Virus record (IMG/VR): IMGVR_UViG_2974644787_000001 | Coordinates: 1 to 64,000 of that record | Length of the DNA: 64,000 bases | Reading direction: 5' to 3' (one strand) | Origin: a virus | Lineage: Duplodnaviria; Caudoviricetes | Shown: positions 57,073 through 64,000 of the stretch, in pieces | How the letters are laid out: each line of letters opens with the position of its first letter | Numbering within the stretch: position 1 is the stretch's first letter | The notes under the pieces: model-generated | What the model was told of the DNA's origin: nothing | The model's database searches: none | Seen by the model: the letters and a program-made list of their open reading frames with translations, nothing else | Made by a program: the position numbers and the translations under genes

Positions 57073-57968
57073 TGACCGTCTAGTTCAAACACACAATCAA
57101 GGCTTCTCCATTTAACAATGATTCCTTCCTTGGCTATGCAATGGACATTCCCTCTGTCAAAGTCTCCGTTGTGAATAAAGTTTACATCTACCCCAAACGG
57201 CGGTATCCACTCACTTAATGGTATCCGTTTATCAAATGGTATCCCGTCTAGGCTGTCAAGGATGCGGTAGGTTTTGTGGGGGTAATTCCAAATCTTGTAA
57301 TCATCTTTCCCAGAAACCTTGAGAGCATTCGCAATATCTATAAATGATGGGCCGTCATCTAGGCTATCGTGAATCATGCTAGCACGTAGTTTGGGGTCTA
57401 CCTCAACTTTATATTCCTTCCCTGTCTGTTTAGCTACATATTCTAGGAATTCAGTGGGGGATTCGGTGATGGTGTAGCCGTTGTTTTGGTACCAGTCTTT
57501 AGTTTGATAACCAATATGCTTGTAATCCCCTAGCCATCCGTAACCAACAAATTCAAATAATGCCATTTCTGCATCTGGCACATTCTTAACTAACCATTCC
57601 CGATCCCCATCATTCAACCAGCCGACTTCTATCGCCATACCTTTTATGGTTGTTTCCTTTTTGGAAATATCCACTTCAAACGTCGGCTTAGGTAGTCCTA
57701 GTATCTCCGCCACACGTTCGCAGAATTCAGTTCCTGTTTTGACTTCAACTATCCCACAAGCACGCAACCCGAGAAAATCTTCTCTTTTGCCGCAAGTAAA
57801 TGTTGGAGAATCGCAATACCCGAAAGCCAAAATAGGTTCATTAAGTTCCCTACTTGAAAACTTGACTTTTGGCCATCCAGGTGCAGTATTCCACGTCGCC
57901 CCGCACCCATCCAACCACTCTGCATGGTGGGGTAGTATGTTCTCTCGCTCTGTGTATATGCTGTTCAT
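57054..57968 (-). CDS. Hypothetical protein
   Basis: 304-aa ORF in the coupled leftward cluster. Confidence 0.6.
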   Translation of the reverse strand: MNSIYTERENILPHHAEWLDGCGATWNTAPGWPKVKFSSRELNEPILAFGYCDSPTFTCGKREDFLGLRACGIVEVKTGTEFCERVAEILGLPKPTFEVDISKKETTIKGMAIEVGWLNDGDREWLVKNVPDAEMALFEFVGYGWLGDYKHIGYQTKDWYQNNGYTITESPTEFLEYVAKQTGKEYKVEVDPKLRASMIHDSLDDGPSFIDIANALKVSGKDDYKIWNYPHKTYRILDSLDGIPFDKRIPLSEWIPPFGVDVNFIHNGDFDRGNVHCIAKEGIIVKWRSLDCVFELDGHWMRIV

Positions 57969-58147
57969 GGTTCTACCCTCTCAACTTGGTATCTGTCAAA
58001 CTTCAATTCAATCATATCTTTTTTAAGTTTTACTAATGCTCTTTGTTGGACCACGAAATCGCTTTCGTCTACGTTTGCATTTACACCAACCGTCTTAATG
58101 GTCCGGCCCTCTCGAATAAAATTTACATTACAAAAATGGTAACTCAT
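57965..58147 (-). CDS. Small hypothetical protein
   Basis: SD GAGGGGGAAGAGG; coupled ORF. Confidence 0.5.
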   Translation of the reverse strand: MSYHFCNVNFIREGRTIKTVGVNANVDESDFVVQQRALVKLKKDMIELKFDRYQVERVEP

Positions 58148-58159
58148 GCCTCTTCCCCC

Positions 58160-58472
58160 TCAAAATGGTGTTTGTTCTTTGCCGTAGTTTCGGCAAGCAT
58201 CGACGTTGACTCGAAACTTGTATTGGCGTTTACCCGTTTCTTTGTTCTCCCAGGAGTTCTGGTCGAGTTCGCCCGTGACCATAATCAGATCATTTTCTTC
58301 CACTTTATCAAGTGCGGAGTTCCAACACTCAAGATCAATATAGTATCCTTTATCTGATTTAAGATTCACAGCGATGATTCTTTTACCTGAGTTCGTGGTG
58401 CGTTCGGTCTTTGATTTTGCAGTACCGCCGATGATGATGGTAGCGATTGCTTTGTGTCTTTTTTTCGTTCAT
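58160..58472 (-). pseudogene. ssb: Single-stranded DNA-binding protein with an apparent frameshift in an A7 run
   Basis: OB-fold IIIGG...ER.TNSGK...IDLECW...MVTGELDQNSWENKETGK; the SD-backed ATG at 58472 is out of frame by one base at 58459-58465. Confidence 0.6.
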
Positions 58473-58983
58473 CAGGAATTCCTTCATACACTTCCTTTAA
58501 TCGATCTCTGATGTGAAGCCTTCGAAGTAGACTATACATTAAAGAATGTTCTGCTTTGACGTTGTACTCAAATGAAGGCAAAGTTATGTTTGTTTTTTCT
58601 CTTCCATAGACACATCTTGCCTTTCCCTTATCGTTGACTTCCACCAATCCCCATCCATCTGGTAATTCTGGAATTCTTATTACATCTTTTGGAGCCAAAT
58701 AAAAACGATACCTACCCATTCCCAATCTAGGATGCTGCCTAAAATACTTTTTCTTGTCGGAAAGAAAATCAGATCTTGAAGTTTTGCATTCAATTAATAC
58801 CGAAAATCCTTGAGATCCAAAGCCAATAACATCGGGAATCTCATTCGTATTCGAAACAGCCGATATTTCTTTCACTGCTATACCGCACGATGTGTTATTC
58901 AAAACCCACCGGTAAGCAATTTCAACTAATTCCCGATGAGTGAATCTTTTCACAGCATTAATCATCTCGGCATTCTTAATCAT
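58366..58983 (-). CDS. PD-(D/E)XK nuclease, MmcB-related
   Basis: EIPDVIGF...VLIECKTSRSDFLSD...YRFYLAP...ELPDGWGL. Confidence 0.75.
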   Translation of the reverse strand: MIKNAEMINAVKRFTHRELVEIAYRWVLNNTSCGIAVKEISAVSNTNEIPDVIGFGSQGFSVLIECKTSRSDFLSDKKKYFRQHPRLGMGRYRFYLAPKDVIRIPELPDGWGLVEVNDKGKARCVYGREKTNITLPSFEYNVKAEHSLMYSLLRRLHIRDRLKEVYEGIPDERKKDTKQSLPSSSAVLQNQRPNAPRTQVKESSL

Positions 58984-59185
58984 TAACTGCGGAAGACATT
59001 ACCAGTAGGAAATGGTGAACGTTATCGAAAACCACGACAGTGCCATCATCCTTATTAACTGAAAAATTTTGCTCTGTTGAAACACTCATTGCCCTGGCAG
59101 ATTCTACAAGACATCGATTGTAAAGTTTGCATAAATTTGGATCTTTTGCGTAGCTCTTCATTCTATTCCCCTCTCCCATTCTCAA
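58976..59185 (-). CDS. Small hypothetical protein
   Basis: Coupled ORF. Confidence 0.45.
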   Translation of the reverse strand: MRMGEGNRMKSYAKDPNLCKLYNRCLVESARAMSVSTEQNFSVNKDDGTVVVFDNVHHFLLVMSSAVND

Positions 59186-59573
59186 ACAATGTCCAATAAA
59201 TCAACTTCCCCTCGAAAGGCTTATTAAACCATCTCCAGAAATCTTCTAATGAATCGAAGCCATCATTCCTAGCGAATGCCAACACACCATCTCCTCGATA
59301 AACAATTCCTGAGCCATGCTCGATGAAGACTCTTTCCTTTTCGGGATTGATGATTAGCTTTGGAGTTTGAGTACATCTTCCAAGTGCGAACTGTTTATAC
59401 TTCTTAGTTCGAACACCAATCGAAAACTGAATGATTCTGCCAGGCTTCCATCGGTCATGCTCATCGATTCGAGCAGTGTGGATCTTTCTTCCATCGAGAA
59501 TCTTTTGTGGGAAGTGTGTGAATTTCGGTTCCTTCCCTCCCCAAGGGAAAACTGTTGAGAATCCTAGAATCAT
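59163..59573 (-). CDS. ASCH/PUA-like phage protein
   Basis: ILDGRKIHTAR...WKPGRII...FARNDGFDSLEDFWRWF. Confidence 0.7.
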   Translation of the reverse strand: MILGFSTVFPWGGKEPKFTHFPQKILDGRKIHTARIDEHDRWKPGRIIQFSIGVRTKKYKQFALGRCTQTPKLIINPEKERVFIEHGSGIVYRGDGVLAFARNDGFDSLEDFWRWFNKPFEGKLIYWTLFENGRGE

Positions 59574-59890
59574 TATTTTGTGACCGAATCTCTTGATGAA
59601 TCAAAGACGGTTGGCTTCCCAACCCATGCACCAATTACAAAAAATACGAGAGCCGTGACACTCCCTACTAACAAATAATTTATAAGCAATTGGCTCTTGT
59701 AGATTAAGATAACTTCTTTCATATTGCTAACTCGGCACATGGAGTGTGCATTGAAACTAGTTCATTAAGTCTTTTAATTTCCAGATCTTTTTCCTGAAGT
59801 TTTCGCTCCAAGATTCTGTATTTTACCGAATGAATATATTCCACGCCTTTGATGATCACGAATTCTTGCATTTGGTTCTCCTTTGTTTTC

Positions 59891-59918
59891 CGAAAAAGTC
59901 GGGGAATAAATCCCCCGG
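59891..59918 (-). terminator. Probable Rho-independent terminator
   Basis: Minus strand CGGGGGA-TTTA-TTCCCCG then ACTTTTT, downstream of the 210-aa gene. Confidence 0.55.
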
Positions 59919-59931
59919 GTTAAAATGTTGT

Positions 59932-60564
59932 TTATGCTACAGCTAATGAATCCTCAGTATTGATCCTTTTAGTTCTCTTTTTTGCAGGTTTTACTATTTG
60001 ATCCGACACTTCTTCTTGAGGAAATTGTTGGATTGCTTCCAATCCTCTCGGTTTATCAGTTCGAGGAGAATTAATTTCGGAACGCTTCTTAACGGCTGAT
60101 TTCTTTTTGACAGCGGGGTTCTTCCCTGATTTTTTTCTTTTTGTTTCAGAATCTAGAAAAATGGATCCAATTCTTCTAAATCTCCAAGATTCAAAAGGGA
60201 AGATATAACAATTGCCGTTACTATGCTGAACAAGAAGGTTTATATCACAGTTTATTTTGGGATCGATATTACTTTGATTTCCTGGAAATTTGGGTATGTC
60301 GAAGCCTACTACGATAGCTTGCTCCCCAATTAACGGAAGTCCTTGCGCTTTGCATTCCGGAATCCATTCAAGAATGTCTCCGTTTTTAAATTTCTTTTTT
60401 TTCGTTAAATATTCTTTCGCTGCGGTATAGACAACTGTATTGTCTCGTTTGACACTTACTTGATCAGTCTTTCTTGGAGTTTCCTTCCCAAGGTTTACGA
60501 TATTAATCCATAAGGTAGCGAACCATACCACTACTCGATTCCATTTTTCTCTTACTTTACTCAT
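59932..60564 (-). CDS. Hypothetical protein (SH3/KOW-like core, basic tail)
   Basis: FKNGDILEW...AIVVGF...FESWRFRRIG. Confidence 0.55.
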   Translation of the reverse strand: MSKVREKWNRVVVWFATLWINIVNLGKETPRKTDQVSVKRDNTVVYTAAKEYLTKKKKFKNGDILEWIPECKAQGLPLIGEQAIVVGFDIPKFPGNQSNIDPKINCDINLLVQHSNGNCYIFPFESWRFRRIGSIFLDSETKRKKSGKNPAVKKKSAVKKRSEINSPRTDKPRGLEAIQQFPQEEVSDQIVKPAKKRTKRINTEDSLAVA

Positions 60565-60596
60565 TTTATTTTATTCTCCTTTTTTAAAAATAAAAA

Positions 60597-61049
60597 CTAT
60601 CCAATTAGGATTTGAGGCTGTTTACCATCTAGGTAAGCCTGCTTAACTTTCGGGATTACCTCCTCTGCTACTGTGCTTCCATTTGGCATTACAATGTATG
60701 GAAGAAACTCTTCATCAAATGTCGCTATTCCACATTCCAGCATCTCAAGCTTTGCTTTTATGGCCAAGCTAAGTGCTCGCCATCTTTGTCTAATCCCTTG
60801 CTCGTAAGCTTCTTCAATCTGATTTGGCTTTCGCGCCCTTCCGGTTTCCGTTTTCGAGAAATCTGATTTTGGCGGTAGCGGTAAGAGAAACTTAACCTTT
60901 CTGCCCTCCATACTAAAAAGGATCATTGCTTGGTTATCATTCCAACCTGAGACGAACTCTTTAGCTCCATATTTTCGAAGAGTTTTCTCAATCTCGGATT
61001 TTGATCTGTCAGAGGATACCTCTGTGTTCTCAGCATATTTTCCTTTCAT
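60597..61049 (-). CDS. Conserved phage hypothetical protein
   Basis: SKSEIEKTLRKYGA...QRWRAL...IKAKLE...TFDEEFLPYIV motif common in phages. Confidence 0.7.
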   Translation of the reverse strand: MKGKYAENTEVSSDRSKSEIEKTLRKYGAKEFVSGWNDNQAMILFSMEGRKVKFLLPLPPKSDFSKTETGRARKPNQIEEAYEQGIRQRWRALSLAIKAKLEMLECGIATFDEEFLPYIVMPNGSTVAEEVIPKVKQAYLDGKQPQILIG

Positions 61050-61933
61050 ACTGCTATCTCCTGAAATAAAGTTGGATGAAGATTCTGTGAAACCAAAGGA
61101 CTTAAATAAAGTGCCTCTACTCTTTCGTTAGAATTTCTCGTTTTTCTTTTTTGCATTGAGTTTGCTAAGGTACTTTTCGTAACTACTTCCCATCCAGAAA
61201 AGATTTCGTCATAAACTGGATGAGGATAATGGCTAACAACGGCCATACCTTTGATTTTTGTTAATGTCTCAAGAACACTTACATGTTGTTCAACTTGAGA
61301 AAATTCCTTGGTATATAAGTTCTTTGTATTCCTGGATTCTGCTAAATAAGGTAAATCAAGATAAAACAAGGTGCCTTCTGAATCATAGATCTTGGTCAAC
61401 TCAATAGCATTTTTTTCCAATATGAAAACTCCTCTCAATCTATCGGAAATTTTATAGAGGTGTTTGATTTTGGAAAACAAACGTGCTGGATTGTGGCCAC
61501 CTTCCTCGGCAAGATTACCTTTTGCACGAAAATCGATATTTGATTTGCGAACATCATTTGCTCGCATCGACATCCAACAGATTGTATAGAATTTCCAAGC
61601 GCGATCGATGGGGTCTTCAGTCGAATCAATCGTTTCCAAAGCATACTTCAGGGATTTTTCTGAGTAAGGAGTGAGACTTATTTTTCTAATAAGTTTTTTG
61701 GGTTCATCTCTTAAAACGGAAAAGAATGTTGTGATATTCCCATCTAAATCATTGGCTACTTCTACTTTTGAGCGATCTTTCGAAAGTAGAACGCTACTCG
61801 CTCCACAAGACATTTCAACGTAGACTTGATGTTTTGGAAAATGAGAAAGTATCCATTCTCGAAGTCTGAATTTCCCACCATTATATTTTAATGCCGGTCG
61901 ATTCATGCTGCATCCTTCTGTAGAAAACCACAC
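61046..61933 (-). CDS. Dam/D12-class DNA adenine methyltransferase with atypical motifs
   Basis: LKYNGGK, VANDLDG, FYLDLPY; true start probably the second Met (MNRPALKY). Confidence 0.85.
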   Translation of the reverse strand: MWFSTEGCSMNRPALKYNGGKFRLREWILSHFPKHQVYVEMSCGASSVLLSKDRSKVEVANDLDGNITTFFSVLRDEPKKLIRKISLTPYSEKSLKYALETIDSTEDPIDRAWKFYTICWMSMRANDVRKSNIDFRAKGNLAEEGGHNPARLFSKIKHLYKISDRLRGVFILEKNAIELTKIYDSEGTLFYLDLPYLAESRNTKNLYTKEFSQVEQHVSVLETLTKIKGMAVVSHYPHPVYDEIFSGWEVVTKSTLANSMQKRKTRNSNERVEALYLSPLVSQNLHPTLFQEIAV

Positions 61934-62160
61934 ATGGTTTTCATTTTTTCAGTATGAAGTTCTTTTGGGAATTTGTTCAAATCCAAAGGAGGAACGTAGG
62001 CTTTCAGTTTTTTCAACCTCCGAACGAAAAATAAAATTCGTTCTTCGAGACTACCACCACCAACTGCAACTAGATTCCCGCAATGTTCCAAAAGAAATGC
62101 CTCCGGGTTTTCGCTGAAATTATTCTTAGGATTTAGTGAATTTGTGGCCAATTGCTGCAT
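61903..62160 (-). CDS. Small hypothetical protein
   Basis: Coupled ORF. Confidence 0.45.
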   Translation of the reverse strand: MQQLATNSLNPKNNFSENPEAFLLEHCGNLVAVGGGSLEERILFFVRRLKKLKAYVPPLDLNKFPKELHTEKMKTMCGFLQKDAA

Positions 62161-62650
62161 CGAATTCCTCCAATATTCTGATAGATTCGGGATCCCGATC
62201 TAAATCATATTCTGTGCGTTTAACATAAACAGAGGCCGAGACATTTTGTATTCGAACTTCTGTTTTCGGTTCTTCCATCGGCAGCACATCCGTAGGTTTT
62301 GACGCACTGTAAACCAATGCCTTATTTCTTGCGGGTCTATCTGCCTTAATCCAGCCTTCCTTCCGAAGCCACCGGAGAATGTATTCTACTCTAGCATAGG
62401 TCCATCTTTTCTGTGAAAGTGGAGTGTTCTCGTTTGCAATCTCTACTATCTTATTGATGCGTCCAGACCAGGATCCCTGGTTCCCAATTTTAAAAAGCAG
62501 GAGACCATATATGAAAAGTTTATTCGGACACCTAATGTAAAGAGGAGCCGACAACGGCATTTTCGACCAATACTCATTTGGCTTAATCTCAGTCTGGGAT
62601 TTAGGTAAATTTTTCATTTGGAATTCCTTAGAACTTTTTCGGCGCTCCAT
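62126..62650 (-). CDS. Winged-helix DNA-binding protein; possible initiator or regulator
   Basis: LFIYGLLL...YARVEYILRWLRKEGWI wHTH pattern; next to the helicase. Confidence 0.55.
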   Translation of the reverse strand: MERRKSSKEFQMKNLPKSQTEIKPNEYWSKMPLSAPLYIRCPNKLFIYGLLLFKIGNQGSWSGRINKIVEIANENTPLSQKRWTYARVEYILRWLRKEGWIKADRPARNKALVYSASKPTDVLPMEEPKTEVRIQNVSASVYVKRTEYDLDRDPESIRILEEFDAAIGHKFTKS

Positions 62651-64000
62651 CCGTTGTTAGCAAAGATAGAAATTACAAGAGACGCACTCGCGACAGACAT
62701 CTTCTCTGTATTTATAACTTTAAGTTTTGCTAAGATCTCTTTTTGTTTGGAAGTGATTGAGCCTTCAGCATTACTTAGCCTTCTTCCCTCATATTCAAGA
62801 TCTAATTCCTTATCATACGCCTTGCCTTTGAGCTCTAATAACGCGAAAGGATCATAATACGTTGAACCGTATTGAACAATTTTCACGCTATCGAGAGCTG
62901 ATTTTCTTAAGTTCTCTTTTGCAAGATCTAACAACTCGAGCATGTAGTAGTTTGGTTTCAGTGAACTAAGTCTTTCAGCCTCTTTCCGAACATCTGGGCT
63001 ATAATGCTCTGTGATAAAGAGATCGAATGGTTTTACCAATTGGTGTTGATTAGCTTGGTACCCAAATTCAACCAATAAACAATGAGATTTACCGGGAGAT
63101 AAACGGGTGCCTCTCCCAACCATTTGCGAATACTTTGTTCTCGATTTTGTAGGACAAGCGATGACTACGGCCTCAATTTCAGGGCAATCAAATCCTTCCG
63201 TGAAAAGAGCACAGTTCAATAAGTGAGTAATTTCTCCCCTTCGGAATTGTGAAATTGCGTATCTTCTTTCCTCAACACTAGATTCTGCAGATAACGCCTT
63301 TGCTTTGATGCCGTTTTCTTTGAGTATTGCTTCAAGCATTACCGCCATTCGGACAGAAACAGTGAAAACGATAGTTCTACGCCCGATTGTTTCTTTAAGC
63401 ACACCCTCGGCAATATTGAGAATTTTGGAAGACATCACATCATCAAGTGCTCCTTGATCCAAGTCTCCGGCTACAGTTCGAATTCCTGATAAATCAATAT
63501 CACAGTCAACCTTGACTCCTATCAAATTGCACAGGTTCCCGTCTTTAATTGCCTCCAGCAAAGAATAGTTATAAGCAATATCCGAGAAAATACTCTTTAA
63601 GCCACCACCTTTGGCACCATCGGGAGTTGCTGTTAAACCAACAACATTAGAACGAAACCTTGATTGAAAGAACTCAATGATTGTTTGGTAAGAGTCAGCT
63701 GTTGCATGATGGCATTCGTCAATAATAATGTCATCTATTCTGAAATCAGAGAACCTTGAATCTAGTCTGGATTTCCTGAGCGTAGGTACAGATCCAACAA
63801 TTACATTCTCAGTCAGATCGGCGCGGTGTTCAGCTCTTTCTAAGCCACTATTAATTTGGCAAATATTGTCGATCTGCGATTTTGCTTGATCAATCAACTC
63901 TTCTCGATGGGCAAGCCATAGAATTTTTTTCCCACGGGAAATTCTTTCTTTGATAATAGACGAACCAACGACCGTTTTCCCTGTACCGGTGGCCATAATT
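62614..64000 (-). CDS. Superfamily 2 (DEAD/DEAH, T4 UvsW/ResIII-like) helicase, 5' end beyond the window
   Basis: ATGTGKT, IIIDECHH, GLTATP, LFTEGFDCP and QMVGRGTR motifs; Walker A lies at the window edge. Confidence 0.92.
   Translation of the reverse strand, partial: IMATGTGKTVVGSSIIKERISRGKKILWLAHREELIDQAKSQIDNICQINSGLERAEHRADLTENVIVGSVPTLRKSRLDSRFSDFRIDDIIIDECHHATADSYQTIIEFFQSRFRSNVVGLTATPDGAKGGGLKSIFSDIAYNYSLLEAIKDGNLCNLIGVKVDCDIDLSGIRTVAGDLDQGALDDVMSSKILNIAEGVLKETIGRRTIVFTVSVRMAVMLEAILKENGIKAKALSAESSVEERRYAISQFRRGEITHLLNCALFTEGFDCPEIEAVVIACPTKSRTKYSQMVGRGTRLSPGKSHCLLVEFGYQANQHQLVKPFDLFITEHYSPDVRKEAERLSSLKPNYYMLELLDLAKENLRKSALDSVKIVQYGSTYYDPFALLELKGKAYDKELDLEYEGRRLSNAEGSITSKQKEILAKLKVINTEKMSVASASLVISIFANNGWSAEKVLRNSK

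Noticed and set aside
1-64000. CRISPR array, IS element, integrase/att site, rRNA
   Set aside because: No regularly spaced repeats, transposase, recombinase or rRNA-like sequence was recognised

Overview
The window is most of one temperate myovirus genome that appears to replicate as a plasmid (phage-plasmid). The host is probably a Leptospira-type spirochaete. The parA / partner / 180-aa rep layout and the EcoRI site at base 1 recall L. biflexa phage LE1; this is recalled, not verified by a search. Order: partition and replication (0.2-2.7 kb); ParB-like gene and an RHH/Abi-like moron (2.8-5.2 kb); terminase, portal and head genes with three large 'polyvalent' internal proteins (5.3-31 kb); neck, sheath, tube, chaperones and tape measure (31-37.6 kb); an opposite-strand moron/defence cassette with a DUF4365-like pair and an MmeI-like type IIL R-M enzyme (37.6-43.4 kb); a rearranged baseplate and fibre module (43.5-52 kb); lysis (52-54.7 kb); and leftward early/DNA-metabolism genes ending in a truncated SF2 helicase. 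No integrase, IS, CRISPR array, rRNA or canonical tRNA was seen. The most notable signals are: (1) a ~330-nt structured non-coding RNA with a tRNA-shaped core and a kissing-loop/switch 3' domain inside the head operon; (2) ten copies of a non-canonical late promoter TTGnnn-N17-(C/A)(C/T)TTGT, nine directly followed by an SD-less ATG; (3) internal proteins that share targeting motifs, copy the capsid N-arm and carry F/L/I-x-K-S/G motifs at domain boundaries; (4) a MuF head protein apparently split into two genes 33 kb apart; (5) iteron-like boxes shared between the origin and the terL-portal spacer.
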